Part shown: positions 1-10,367 of the stretch, piece by piece
Layout of the letters: each line of letters starts with the position of its first letter
Numbering within the stretch: the stretch's first letter is position 1
DNA from: a virus
Direction: 5' to 3' (one strand)
IMG/VR virus record: IMGVR_UViG_3300024348_000004
DNA length: 64,000 bases
Program-made: the position numbers and the translations under genes
The notes under the pieces: model-generated
Seen by the model: the letters and a program-made list of their open reading frames with translations, nothing else
The model's database searches: none
Told to the model about the DNA's origin: nothing

Positions 1-1
1 T

Positions 2-73
2 TCAGATGCTGAACCTGCTATATGTACAGTAGAGTTTAGGTTTACACATTTCGATATAGAAACCACTAGTTAA
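2..73 (+). CDS. 3' end of probable tail completion/terminator protein (gp3-like), partial
   Basis: Frame reads ...SDAEPAICTVEFRFTHFDIETTS*; lies just upstream of uvsY, as gp3 does in marine T4-like phages. Confidence 0.55.
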   Translation, partial: SDAEPAICTVEFRFTHFDIETTS

Positions 74-104
74 TATCACCTTTTCGTGATATAATATATA
101 CATT

Positions 105-548
105 ATGACTTTAGATGAATTAAAGGCCCAATGGGCATTAGATTGTGAAATTGATGATATTGAATTGGACAATGCATCTCTCGAAGTTCCAAAACTTCAT
201 GCTAAGTACCAAGACCAACTCACTAATAAATTACTAACACTCAAAAATTGGGAGTTCAAATATGATGAACTTCTCAAAGATAAGTGGTTGTGGTATAATG
301 GTAAGATGGATTCAGATAGAATCAAAGAACTGGGATGGGCAGATGACCCATTCGATGGTCTTAAGATTATGAAAAGTGACATGCAATTCTTTTACAATTC
401 AGACTCAGACCTCAGAGAAATTAAAGCTAAAATTGAATACTTAAAAATAACCATCAACTTCCTAAAAGATTGTATGCAAAATATCACTTGGAGACACCAA
501 ACGATTAAGAATACAATTGATTGGAGAAAATTTATGGCAGGTCAATAA
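105..548 (+). CDS. uvsY: UvsY recombination mediator
   Basis: Helical 147 aa; LHAKY, C-terminal IKNTIDWRKFMAG typical of UvsY; next to uvsW. Confidence 0.92.
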   Translation: MTLDELKAQWALDCEIDDIELDNASLEVPKLHAKYQDQLTNKLLTLKNWEFKYDELLKDKWLWYNGKMDSDRIKELGWADDPFDGLKIMKSDMQFFYNSDSDLREIKAKIEYLKITINFLKDCMQNITWRHQTIKNTIDWRKFMAGQ

Positions 549-549
549 G

Positions 550-1218
550 ATGATATTACGAAACAATATGTGCATTATCGAAAATGCATTTACAGACGAT
601 GAAGTCGAACAGATAAAACGAGTTGCAAAAGGTCAAGAAGAAGTTACAGCAATGATTGGAGACCCTGGCTCTGGTGGTGCAGATGATGCTCAAGTACGTT
701 CGGGGAAAGTTAAATGGTTTGTGAATCAAAATATGCAGAACTCAATTCCCGATGTGTATGATAAATTATTTAAACTTATAGAAGAAGCGAATGCAAGTTC
801 TGAATGGAATCATAACATTGAATTTGTCGAGAATCTTCAATACACCATATACAATGCTCCCGCTAAGACCAAAAAGAAGAAAGGAGACTTTTACACTTGG
901 CACACTGATAGCGGGCCAGAACCTTTACCAAATGGTAAGATACGTAAATTAAGTTTATCAGTTCAATTGTCAGACCCCGAAGAATATGAAGGTGGTAATT
1001 TCCAATGGTTAGAACCTACTGAACTATTAAACGGTATGGGGAAAGGTCTTGGGATGAGGTTGGATATGAATCATGCTGTTCGAACAGTACCATTCAGTGG
1101 TAAAGCAAAAGGGACATGTATCATATTCCCATCCTTTACATATCACCAAGTAACACCAGTAACACATGGAACACGTGAAGCTCTAGTGGGATGGTTTGCT
1201 GGCGACACATATGTCTAA
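550..1218 (+). CDS. 2OG-Fe(II) oxygenase (prolyl-hydroxylase-like)
   Basis: FYTWHTD...RKLSLSVQLS...YEGG...HQVTPVTHGTREALVGW; ATG 550 preferred to the 517 start. Confidence 0.9.
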   Translation: MILRNNMCIIENAFTDDEVEQIKRVAKGQEEVTAMIGDPGSGGADDAQVRSGKVKWFVNQNMQNSIPDVYDKLFKLIEEANASSEWNHNIEFVENLQYTIYNAPAKTKKKKGDFYTWHTDSGPEPLPNGKIRKLSLSVQLSDPEEYEGGNFQWLEPTELLNGMGKGLGMRLDMNHAVRTVPFSGKAKGTCIIFPSFTYHQVTPVTHGTREALVGWFAGDTYV

Positions 1219-2668
1219 CATTGTAAGAGTAGAGAAATGTGATGAAGTATTTCTAAGAGTCCATTGTGATAAAGGACTTTCTAGAGACTTGTTTGAATTT
1301 TTCTCATTTACTGTACCCAATGCCAAATTTATGCCGTCATATAAGAATCGTATGTGGGACGGTAAGGTACGACTCTTCTCAATCAAAACAAACAAAATTT
1401 ATATAGGATTACTTCCATACATCGATGAGTTCTGTAGAGAACGAGGATTTGAGTTTGAAGGTGTCCAAGATGTTATAGGTGGGAAAACTAGAATAACAGA
1501 TGAAGATGTGGACTTCTTTATCAATGGAGACGATTTAATTCCAGGCTTGGGACTTCCGTTTGCACCAAGAGATTATCAAATAGATGCATTTAAATCTACA
1601 GTACAGTATGGTAGACAATTATTATTATCCCCTACTGCTAGTGGTAAGTCATTAATCATTTATATGTTATGCAGATGGTTTGAAGGAGAGGTGTCTCTAC
1701 CCAATTGTAAGACTGTAATAATAGTTCCTACTACTTCTTTGGTTGAACAGATGACTAAAGATTTTCAAGAGTATGGATACAAAGAACCTATTTGTAAGAT
1801 ATACAGTGGACAAGAAGTATTTGATTCCTCTATAACAGTTACAACATGGCAGTCCTTTGCAAAAGCACCTAAAGAAGTATTACAATCATTTGATGTTGTG
1901 GTGGGGGATGAAGCACATTTATTTAAAGCACAAACACTCAAAGGTATCTTAGAGAAAATGAAAACTACTGCAATTCGTATCGGAACTACTGGTACACTTG
2001 ATGGTAGTGAAGTTCATAGACTACAACTAGAAGGTTTGTTTGGGCCTGTCAAAAAGGTCATAACCACAAAAGATTTAATGGACGAAGGGACGATTGCAAA
2101 TTTAAGTATAGAATGTGTCATACTTCGTCATACTAAACAGAAGAAAATGTCATACCAAGATGAGATGGATTATCTCGTAGGAAATGATAGTAGGAACGAA
2201 TTTATATGCAATCTTGTCTATTCCCTTAAGGGAAACACCCTAGTACTGTTTCAATACGTAGAGAAACATGGGGTTGTCTTACACAATAAAATGATGAAAC
2301 GCTTAGATGGTAAATTACATTATGTCTATGGCGGAACCGATACCAAGGATAGGGAGAACGTAAGAGAAATCGTTGAGAAAGCAAATGATAACGTCATACT
2401 GGCGTCATACGGTACCTTCTCAACTGGTGTCAATATTAAGAAGATTGATAATGTAGTCTTCGCATCTCCTTCCAAATCACGAATAAGAAACTTACAATCT
2501 ATTGGTAGGGGTCTTAGAAAGGCTGATGGTAAAACTGAAATGCGATTGTTTGATATATCGGATGATTTACAATGTGAAAATCATACTCTCAATCACCTTA
2601 AGGAACGTATAAATATATACAACGAAGAGGGATTTGTATATCAAATGAGACAATTTAACATTACATGA
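1211..2668 (+). CDS. uvsW: UvsW SF2 DNA helicase
   Basis: PRDYQ, SPTASGKS, DEAH, GTTGT, QSIGRGLR motifs. Confidence 0.95.
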   Translation: MSNIVRVEKCDEVFLRVHCDKGLSRDLFEFFSFTVPNAKFMPSYKNRMWDGKVRLFSIKTNKIYIGLLPYIDEFCRERGFEFEGVQDVIGGKTRITDEDVDFFINGDDLIPGLGLPFAPRDYQIDAFKSTVQYGRQLLLSPTASGKSLIIYMLCRWFEGEVSLPNCKTVIIVPTTSLVEQMTKDFQEYGYKEPICKIYSGQEVFDSSITVTTWQSFAKAPKEVLQSFDVVVGDEAHLFKAQTLKGILEKMKTTAIRIGTTGTLDGSEVHRLQLEGLFGPVKKVITTKDLMDEGTIANLSIECVILRHTKQKKMSYQDEMDYLVGNDSRNEFICNLVYSLKGNTLVLFQYVEKHGVVLHNKMMKRLDGKLHYVYGGTDTKDRENVREIVEKANDNVILASYGTFSTGVNIKKIDNVVFASPSKSRIRNLQSIGRGLRKADGKTEMRLFDISDDLQCENHTLNHLKERINIYNEEGFVYQMRQFNIT

Positions 2669-3126
2669 AGGCAAAAGATTTGCACACACCACAACAATAT
2701 GAAGTAGTTAAACTTAAAATTGGTACTGAACTAGTTGCAATGACTAGAGACCGTGCTGATAAATTGGAGTTAACACTACCTATGTGTTACACTCTCACTC
2801 CAGCAGGAGACGGAACAAGTAACACCACGTTCTATCCCTTTGCACCAACCAGTAAAAACACTAACATAGTTATCGATAAAGAAGATATCATGTACAGGGC
2901 AGAAGTTAGTGAACAATTCATTCCCATTTATGATAAAGCTTCATCGTCTTGGGCAACGATGTTAGAAGCACAATCTATTCCCATTTCTACAGGACAAGTT
3001 ATTAAGTCCCCATCACTTCAGAGAATGCACGAACTACTCGAAGACTACATGGGTGATGGTGAACTTGATGAAGAATGGGACGATGATGTACTTGATTTTA
3101 GTGAAACCCCCAAGACAATTCATTGA
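2665..3126 (+). CDS. Conserved T4-like hypothetical protein (Sm-like fold possible)
   Basis: ATGA-coupled to uvsW; VVKLKIGTELVA start and C-terminal KTIH; TATAAATA at 2608. Confidence 0.6.
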   Translation: MKAKDLHTPQQYEVVKLKIGTELVAMTRDRADKLELTLPMCYTLTPAGDGTSNTTFYPFAPTSKNTNIVIDKEDIMYRAEVSEQFIPIYDKASSSWATMLEAQSIPISTGQVIKSPSLQRMHELLEDYMGDGELDEEWDDDVLDFSETPKTIH

Positions 3127-3214
3127 GCAAAAAATAATACTAAATAGTCTGCGTATAAATCAGAGTTATATTTGATTATACAATATTTTAATATACAACA
3201 ATTAGGAAAATACC

Positions 3215-3382
3215 ATGACAACAGCAACATTGATTGCAAAGAGCATGGTGCGAAAAGCTAGAGAAGTCAAAGAGGACAAACGTGTTTGTGCAATCTGTGA
3301 CACTATCGAATTTCTAGCATTCATGACTCTACCCTTTATAGTACCATTTATGATAATGTATTTTACATTATTGAATTTCTAA
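3215..3382 (+). CDS. Small membrane protein with CxxC (55 aa), not in ORF track
   Basis: AGGA SD; MTTATLIAKSMVRKAREVKEDKRVCAICDTIEFLAFMTLPFIVPFMIMYFTLLNF. Confidence 0.7.
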   Translation: MTTATLIAKSMVRKAREVKEDKRVCAICDTIEFLAFMTLPFIVPFMIMYFTLLNF

Positions 3383-3504
3383 TGCGAGTACTTATACTTC
3401 TTACCGTTTTAGGTTCATGGGCAATTCTATATGACCGAGACCCAGGCTCGTTGCGGTCTTTAAGAAATGCCACAGAGTTTAATAACATGTTCCCAAACAC
3501 ATGA
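3382..3504 (+). CDS. Micro-protein (40 aa) with hydrophobic N-terminus
   Basis: TAATG coupling; MRVLILLTVLGSWAILYDRDPG... Confidence 0.55.
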   Translation: MRVLILLTVLGSWAILYDRDPGSLRSLRNATEFNNMFPNT

Positions 3505-3593
3505 AGAAGTCATCCAACCTCAAAGACCTCATGGAGATAGGCACGTTAGTATCTATCTTCATGATAACAATTCTATCTTTGATGGAGGTGTAA
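3501..3593 (+). CDS. Micro-protein (30 aa), single TM
   Basis: ATGA coupling; MKKSSNLKDLMEIGTLVSIFMITILSLMEV. Confidence 0.55.
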   Translation: MKKSSNLKDLMEIGTLVSIFMITILSLMEV

Positions 3594-3594
3594 T

Positions 3595-3795
3595 ATGTAC
3601 GTCCCTTGGTTTACCACACCCGAGACTGAAAAGAAAGTACTTCAGATAGTCAACCTCTCACCCAACGAATCAGTTATAGAAAAACTAACAGATGTACATC
3701 CCATGAAACAAATCTTTTGGGCAAGTATAGTACAGGTTTGTGTATTCGGTTTTATGATGCTTTCGTTCGCCATCATCAATATATTCGTCCAATGA
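3595..3795 (+). CDS. Small membrane protein (66 aa)
   Basis: GGAGG SD; C-terminal TM helix. Confidence 0.65.
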   Translation: MYVPWFTTPETEKKVLQIVNLSPNESVIEKLTDVHPMKQIFWASIVQVCVFGFMMLSFAIINIFVQ

Positions 3796-3941
3796 ACACA
3801 CTATATAATATAGTAAAACGTAAATTTACAATGTCTTATGAACCGTCTTATATGGAGATATTATTTCACTTCATAGTAACGATGTTTTTGGGAATGATTC
3901 CGCTACTTGTATTATTTCTAATCGTTAATCTCTTTATATAA
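3792..3941 (+). CDS. Small membrane protein (49 aa)
   Basis: ATGA coupling; C-terminal hydrophobic helix. Confidence 0.55.
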   Translation: MNTLYNIVKRKFTMSYEPSYMEILFHFIVTMFLGMIPLLVLFLIVNLFI

Positions 3942-4081
3942 GCTTCCCTGTGGGGACATAAGCTACTTTATCACAGATTTTCTAATCCACAAGTGGCTTT
4001 TTAAAAAAACTTATCTTTTTTATTATCAAATAATTTCAAAAAGCCACTAGGAATCCTATAACTAAGGAGTATAATGTATAC

Positions 4082-4645
4082 ATGACTAAGAAAAAAGACC
4101 CTAAAACCCAGGCGCATTACGTCAACAACAAGGACTTCACAGCGGCAGTTTCTGAGTATGCAATTGCAATCAAAGAAGCGAAAGAGTCGGAAGGAACTCC
4201 ACCTCAAATGTCAGAGTACATAGGAGAAAGCATCTATAAGATTGCAACAAGACTATCTACTAGACCCAACTTTATCAACTACACATATAGAGATGAAATG
4301 ATATGTGATGCAATCGAGAATTGTATTCAGTATCTTGGCAACTTCAATGTAGAAAAATCAAACAATGCATTTGCATATGTTACACAGATTTGTTACTATG
4401 CTTTCTTGAGAAGAATACAGAAAGAAAAGAAACAAGTGTACATCAAACAACAAGCAATTGATGCTACTTCACTCACACTCGATGCATTTGATACAATCGA
4501 TGGAATACACGACCCTACCTTGACCAACACTAACGTGGAATGGATGCAAGAGAATATGAACAGGGTTGCATACGAACCAAGGAAATCAAAAAGAACAAGG
4601 AAATCTACAAAACAAAACTCACTAGAGAAATTCGAAGATAAATGA
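4082..4645 (+). CDS. 55: gp55 late-transcription sigma factor
   Basis: HYVNNKDF, PNFINYTYRDEMICDAIENC, NAFAYVTQICYYAFLRRIQKEK. Confidence 0.96.
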   Translation: MTKKKDPKTQAHYVNNKDFTAAVSEYAIAIKEAKESEGTPPQMSEYIGESIYKIATRLSTRPNFINYTYRDEMICDAIENCIQYLGNFNVEKSNNAFAYVTQICYYAFLRRIQKEKKQVYIKQQAIDATSLTLDAFDTIDGIHDPTLTNTNVEWMQENMNRVAYEPRKSKRTRKSTKQNSLEKFEDK

Positions 4646-4866
4646 CGAGCTTTAACGACAATCCATCATTGTATAAACCGTACATACAATTAATTTGTAA
4701 CCCTTATGAACATAGTTCTTCTGTTAATACTCGTATCACTATTGATGTGATGCAGAAGGATTTGAAACGTGATGATATAGTTGAAGTACTTGAAGGATTT
4801 ATGAAAGCAATGGGATATGGTTTTAGTGATGGAGAATCTCTTTGTATCAGCGAGGCAGTTAAATGA
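4642..4866 (+). CDS. Hypothetical protein
   Basis: ATGA-coupled on both sides. Confidence 0.65.
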   Translation: MTSFNDNPSLYKPYIQLICNPYEHSSSVNTRITIDVMQKDLKRDDIVEVLEGFMKAMGYGFSDGESLCISEAVK

Positions 4867-5930
4867 AAATAGCGATACTGAATGACACTCACTGTGGAGT
4901 GAGAGGTGATATGATTGAGATGTCTAATTATCAAGGACGTTTCTATAATGAAGTGTTCTTCCCATACTTAGATGAACATGATATCAAACACATCATTCAC
5001 ATGGGTGACTACTTCGATAGAAGGAAGTATATCAACTTCGCTTCCATGAAAGCAAATATCAAACACTTCATTGAACCTATGACTGAACGTGGTATAACCA
5101 TGGACTTAGTAATTGGTAATCATGACACATATTATAAGAACACCAATGATGTCAATGCTCCCGAATTACTTCTTTACAATCAACCAAACGTATCTGTTTA
5201 TTCTGAGTGTGAAGTTAGAGAGTATGATGGATTTCCTATTGCACTTGTGCCATGGATTAATAATGATAACTATGCTGACTCAGTAGAATTTTTACGTTCA
5301 GCACCAGCATCTATTGCTATGGGTCACTTTGAAATAGAAGGTGCATTGATGATGCCAGGCATGACATGTCAACATGGACTAGACCATTCATATTTAAAAC
5401 GTTTTGATAAAGTGTATAGCGGACACTTCCACCAAAAGTCGGAAGTCAAGAACATTCATTACGTTGGTTCACAGATGGAATTTACTTGGTCAGATTATAA
5501 CGATAAGAAGTACTTCCATATTTTTGATACTGAAGACCAATCCTTAACTCCAATACACAATCCTATTACTATGTTTGAAAAAGGTTTCTATGATGACGCT
5601 AAAGAAACTTTTGAAACTATAAGTGAAAAGGATTATTCAAATTACACTGGTAAGTTTGTGAAAATTATTGTCGTCAATAAAGACAATCCGTATTGGTTTG
5701 ATACATTCTTAGACAAGGTACATGCTGCTTCACCTTTACATGTATCGGTTGTGGACGATAATAAACATATGGATTTTTATGGAGATGATGATATAGAAGA
5801 TGTAGAAGACACTCTAACTATCCTATCCAATTACATCGATGGATTAGAAATCCAAGGTAAGAAAAAGCCACTTAACGAATTGATGACAACGTTGTATAAT
5901 GAAGCATTGGATGAACACTCTTATTTATGA
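4863..5930 (+). CDS. 47: gp47 recombination nuclease (Mre11/SbcD-like)
   Basis: DTHCG, GDYFD, GNHD, SGHFH metallophosphoesterase motifs. Confidence 0.95.
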   Translation: MKIAILNDTHCGVRGDMIEMSNYQGRFYNEVFFPYLDEHDIKHIIHMGDYFDRRKYINFASMKANIKHFIEPMTERGITMDLVIGNHDTYYKNTNDVNAPELLLYNQPNVSVYSECEVREYDGFPIALVPWINNDNYADSVEFLRSAPASIAMGHFEIEGALMMPGMTCQHGLDHSYLKRFDKVYSGHFHQKSEVKNIHYVGSQMEFTWSDYNDKKYFHIFDTEDQSLTPIHNPITMFEKGFYDDAKETFETISEKDYSNYTGKFVKIIVVNKDNPYWFDTFLDKVHAASPLHVSVVDDNKHMDFYGDDDIEDVEDTLTILSNYIDGLEIQGKKKPLNELMTTLYNEALDEHSYL

Positions 5931-7642
5931 TAAACTTCAAAACTGTGAGGTGGAAGAACCTTCTTTCATCAGGCAACAAATATACTGAGATACAATTAGA
6001 CAGAAATCAGACAACCCTAGTATTGGGTGAGAACGGTGCTGGTAAATCCACACTATTAGATGCATTGTGTTTCGGATTGTACGGACGTGGATTTCGAAAT
6101 CTAAAAAAAGACTTATTGATAAACTCAATCAATCAAAAAGAAATGATAGTGGAGGTTGAATTTTCAATTGGTCGAAGAGAATACAAAGTAATACGTGGTG
6201 CAAAACCTAATAAATTTGAATTATATGTAAATGATATGTTGGTAGACCAAGACGCTACGGTTAAAGACTATCAAGAACATTTAGAAAAGAACGTACTCAA
6301 AATGAGTTACCGTTCATTCACACAGGTTGCTATCTTGGGGTCAGCAAACTTCACCCCATTCATGCAATTGAAATCGGCAGAGAGACGTAAATTAGTTGAA
6401 GACTTGTTAGACATTTCAATCTTTAGTACCATGAAAGACATTCTAAGAAAGAAAGTATCCGCACATAAGATAGAGTTGAAAGAAACTAACCATGAAGTTG
6501 AACTCATAGAAGAACGTGTGAGTGGTCTCAACGAACAGTTGCAAGCACTGAGAGAAACAAGAGAACTTAAGATTAAAAAGTACGAAGGTACTGTACAAGA
6601 AACGCAAGATAATATTGATACACTACTAGAAAAGGTAGGTGTTAAAGAAGAAGATGTGGTAAATAAGCTTGAGACCATATCAGACAGAGACCCACAGGGG
6701 GATAGACTTAAACAAGCAGAAGCAGTAGAACAACAACTTATAACTGCACGTAAGAAAGCACTGAAAGAAATAGAGTTTTATGAAAACCACGATGATTGTC
6801 CAACATGTAAACAGGGGTTAGACCATGAACACAAGACGAAACACATTGAAGAGAAGAAACTTAAGTCAGATGAAATCAAGGAAGCGCTGCTTCAACTTGA
6901 CACCACCCTCGAAAATACCCGAAATCGATTGGCGGAAATCACCGAAGTCCAACGAGAAATAGAATCCATTCAAAAACAGAAAGGTCTTTTACAAACTGAG
7001 ATACTTTCAAATCAGAAGTTCATTACAAAGATTCAAAAGGAAATTGAAGAACTCAAAATAGAACAAAATGTAAGTTCAAATGTCCATGAACGAATCGAAG
7101 AATCAGAAGATACACTAGAGATTCTACACCAAAAACATAAGACACTAGTAGACCAAGGACACTACTTTGATATTGCTTCTACTCTATTGAGAGACCAAGG
7201 AGTAAAGGAAAAGATTATTAAACAGTATGTTCCTGTTATGAATAAGATGATTAACAAGTATCTTGCCCAATTAGAATTCTATGTTGGGTTCGAACTCAAC
7301 GAAAGTTTTGAAGAGACTATCAAGTCAAGATTTAGAGACGTGTTTAAGTACGACAACTTCTCACAAGGTGAAAAGATGAGAATCGACTTATCACTTTTGT
7401 TTACTTGGAGAGCAGTTGCACGTATGAAGAACAGTGTGAACACTAACTTGCTTATACTTGACGAAGTGTTTGATTCATCACTAGACGTTAATGGAACAGA
7501 TGACTTCATGAAACTATTAAACACCTTGACGGAAAAGACTAATGCATTTATAATTAGTCACAAGGGAGATGCACTGTACGACAGGTTCGAGAATGTAATT
7601 CGATTCGAGAAACATAAAAACTTCTCACGACTGGCGGAATAG
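5927..7642 (+). CDS. 46: gp46 recombination ATPase (Rad50/SbcC-like)
   Basis: GENGAGKS, CPTC zinc hook, FSQGE signature, LILDEVFD. Confidence 0.96.
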   Translation: MINFKTVRWKNLLSSGNKYTEIQLDRNQTTLVLGENGAGKSTLLDALCFGLYGRGFRNLKKDLLINSINQKEMIVEVEFSIGRREYKVIRGAKPNKFELYVNDMLVDQDATVKDYQEHLEKNVLKMSYRSFTQVAILGSANFTPFMQLKSAERRKLVEDLLDISIFSTMKDILRKKVSAHKIELKETNHEVELIEERVSGLNEQLQALRETRELKIKKYEGTVQETQDNIDTLLEKVGVKEEDVVNKLETISDRDPQGDRLKQAEAVEQQLITARKKALKEIEFYENHDDCPTCKQGLDHEHKTKHIEEKKLKSDEIKEALLQLDTTLENTRNRLAEITEVQREIESIQKQKGLLQTEILSNQKFITKIQKEIEELKIEQNVSSNVHERIEESEDTLEILHQKHKTLVDQGHYFDIASTLLRDQGVKEKIIKQYVPVMNKMINKYLAQLEFYVGFELNESFEETIKSRFRDVFKYDNFSQGEKMRIDLSLLFTWRAVARMKNSVNTNLLILDEVFDSSLDVNGTDDFMKLLNTLTEKTNAFIISHKGDALYDRFENVIRFEKHKNFSRLAE

Positions 7643-7655
7643 GATAAATAGTAAT

Positions 7656-9059
7656 ATGAAAAGTTTTTCCGAATTTAAATCACCAAAAATAGAAGATATA
7701 AAGTTAGACTTACCTACAATAAGTGAGTTGACTGTATCCCCATACTACACACAGAGAGGTGTAGCAAATCCATATTATGATTTGGATATCAGTATGGATG
7801 CCATCACAGCACAAGTTGGTGAGGGTGATATTAAATTTAAGAATGTTGAGAGTGCAAGTGGACAAGAAATATTTTCTGTAGGGAATGGTAAGTTTTTTTT
7901 CCAAGTAGAAAAGAATGGAAGTGACACTCCATACTATGTAAGGACTACTAAGAGTGTTGTTAAATCGCACTTAGGTATGGGTAAACGAAAGGATTCGACA
8001 GCTTCATCTAATGTCAATGAGTTATTATCTGTATATTTTTTAGATAAACCCAGTGAGATGAAAATGGACTCCGTGGAATGGGAGATGGTAGTAGGTAAGA
8101 AGTCAGGCACGACTGGTGTGTTACTTGGAGACGGAAGTTCACTTACCTATGAGACCATGATTCAGTTGATAGATAAAGATGAAACTGCACAAAGAGACAT
8201 CAAGATTGGTCAACACAATGCTAGAGCAATTCTCCAAGACTTAAGTGGTCAATCAATTAAGGATGTATACTGGACACCACGTGGAAAGCCAGGCGGTATC
8301 TCAGATAAGAACCCTTCAGATGTTATGGTTGAACTTTCGAGTGGAACATTCATAGGATACTCTAACAAAATTGCTGCTGGTAAAGATATGACACCAAAGA
8401 TGAATGCATCTGCTGTCGCACAGTATGGTAAACTTAAGGATTCAAAACAATTAAAATCAGTCATGAATCACATTGATGTTGCATGGGATGAAGCAGTCAA
8501 TAGTGTTAAAAACAAAGAAGTGCAAAAAGAGTTGAAAGTTAAATGGACTTCTAAAGTTAAGAGAGAGAAGTACACAGAAGGTGGTTCAAAATCTTCATTC
8601 TATCAGATAGGTCAACTATTTACTAAACATGGGTTGAGTTTTTATGCAGAAGATTTCTATTATCCATTTAGAAATTCTGTTATCCAACAGATGTCAAAAC
8701 ACTTGTCTAAACCAAACAACCTATTATACATGTTGAACACTATGGGGTATTACACTTATCCCGATGCTAACTCTACACCATGCCCATACAAGTTATTGAT
8801 TGGTTCAGAGAGTGGGTCGAAGATGAAAGACGTAGGTGCTAATGAAGAATTAAAAGCAGTATGTCTCGATGAAAATCCTAAAAATTATGGGAACATCAAA
8901 GTCAATTACGTGAAGGGACAACAAAGTTTTACTTTGTCGTTTGTATATAAACCATTGAAGAAGTATTGTGAACTTCCCATTACCATGAGGACAAGGGCGT
9001 CCGGCGGATGGGCAGGTAAAGCATTATACATGAGTTCTTCAGGCATTAGGATTAAATAA
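7656..9059 (+). CDS. Late protein, putative PD-(D/E)XK-type nuclease with capsid-targeting-like N-terminus
   Basis: NELLS...NPSDVMVELSSGTFIGYSNK resembles an E..PD..xSxK core; N-terminus MKSFSEFK; late promoter GATAAATA at 7643. Confidence 0.5.
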   Translation: MKSFSEFKSPKIEDIKLDLPTISELTVSPYYTQRGVANPYYDLDISMDAITAQVGEGDIKFKNVESASGQEIFSVGNGKFFFQVEKNGSDTPYYVRTTKSVVKSHLGMGKRKDSTASSNVNELLSVYFLDKPSEMKMDSVEWEMVVGKKSGTTGVLLGDGSSLTYETMIQLIDKDETAQRDIKIGQHNARAILQDLSGQSIKDVYWTPRGKPGGISDKNPSDVMVELSSGTFIGYSNKIAAGKDMTPKMNASAVAQYGKLKDSKQLKSVMNHIDVAWDEAVNSVKNKEVQKELKVKWTSKVKREKYTEGGSKSSFYQIGQLFTKHGLSFYAEDFYYPFRNSVIQQMSKHLSKPNNLLYMLNTMGYYTYPDANSTPCPYKLLIGSESGSKMKDVGANEELKAVCLDENPKNYGNIKVNYVKGQQSFTLSFVYKPLKKYCELPITMRTRASGGWAGKALYMSSSGIRIK

Positions 9060-9670
9060 TGTATCAATTAGTAGAAGAAGCGAGTAAAGTATTAAGGACA
9101 CGTCCAAGTGATTTTGATTTTGAGACAAGGGAAGACGCTGAAGAGATAGAGAGTAAATTGTCGGAGACCATGGAACAATATGGTGGTCTTGGTCTGAGTG
9201 CAAATCAAGTGGGACTAGATGCTAGAGTTTTTGTCATGAGAACACAGGACGGTATTCAAGCATTCTTTAACCCCGAGTTAACTAAAGTGTCTCAAGAAAC
9301 AGACTTAATGAAAGAAGGGTGTTTATCGTTCCCCGATATATACCTTATGATTAAGAGACCCAAAGTGTGTGAACTCAGATGGAATAACGCTAAGGGAGAA
9401 GAACACACACAACTATTTGATGGTATCGGTGCAAGATGTATTCAACATGAACTAGACCATCTCAACGGTATCTTGTTCCTACAAAGAGCAAGTAAATTGA
9501 AATTAGAACGTGCTTTAAAAGCACGTCCTAAAGAAAAACGAAAAAGACTAGATTATGAAAAACGACAAGCATATGCAAGATTCATCCAAGAACAACAGGA
9601 AGCTCAATCTAATAACTCAGAACGAGATGACATCTCCACAAGAGAACCAGCATCTAATTCAGTGGTTTAG
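9059..9670 (+). CDS. def: Peptide deformylase
   Basis: GLGLSANQVG, EGCLSFP, QHELDHLNG. Confidence 0.95.
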   Translation: MYQLVEEASKVLRTRPSDFDFETREDAEEIESKLSETMEQYGGLGLSANQVGLDARVFVMRTQDGIQAFFNPELTKVSQETDLMKEGCLSFPDIYLMIKRPKVCELRWNNAKGEEHTQLFDGIGARCIQHELDHLNGILFLQRASKLKLERALKARPKEKRKRLDYEKRQAYARFIQEQQEAQSNNSERDDISTREPASNSVV

Positions 9671-10232
9671 AGAAAACTTCCAAAACCTTCAAAGTGTTGG
9701 TGACGGTTCTGATTACTTTGGAATCAATATCATACACATACACGACCATTATATAAGGACACTCCTTAGACGAATCCAATTTGATTCAATCTCTGCCATC
9801 TACAAAGATACTGGTCAGAGAATGTATCCCGAAATGTGTATTATGACAGAGTGGCCAATCGGTGGTTTTCAAGACCCACATAAAGATACCTACTCTTCAG
9901 CACAACTTCAATATGGTTTAGATGACGCTAATGCACCACCTAGAAGAGAGTGGACTCTTATACTAAATCTCAATAGCAACTTTGGTGATGGTAAGACATA
10001 CTTCCCCGATGATGACTATACACACGACCCTGTATCGGGACAAGGAGTTCTGTTCCAAGGACTTTATCACGAACATGGTGTACAGAAGGTTCGAAGATGT
10101 CCTCGTTACACTATCGCCATGTGGTTCTCAGGCGACACAAACAACATGATGACCGACATGGTCACAGATGACCTTAGAGAAGACCAATTTTCTTTACTAG
10201 GAATGCAATTACCCACTAGACAAAGCCAGTAA
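9627..10232 (+). CDS. 2OG-Fe(II) oxygenase
   Basis: PHKD...LNSNFGDGKT...HGVQKV...RYTIAMWF; start uncertain (ORF open from 9555). Confidence 0.8.
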   Translation: MTSPQENQHLIQWFRENFQNLQSVGDGSDYFGINIIHIHDHYIRTLLRRIQFDSISAIYKDTGQRMYPEMCIMTEWPIGGFQDPHKDTYSSAQLQYGLDDANAPPRREWTLILNLNSNFGDGKTYFPDDDYTHDPVSGQGVLFQGLYHEHGVQKVRRCPRYTIAMWFSGDTNNMMTDMVTDDLREDQFSLLGMQLPTRQSQ

Positions 10233-10267
10233 CTTTTTGATACTATAGTATCTGTTGGATTGATTAA

Positions 10268-10344
10268 GTCCTCGTAGCTCAACTGGATAGAGCAACAGCC
10301 TTCTAAGCTGTAGGTTATAGGTTCGACTCCTATCGGGGACGCCA
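10268..10344 (+). tRNA. tRNA-Arg(UCU)
   Basis: Cloverleaf GTCCTCG...anticodon loop CTTCTAA...GGTTCGACTCC...CGGGGAC G CCA. Confidence 0.95.
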
Positions 10345-10367
10345 ATCCAAAACCCCCAAAATTAAAT

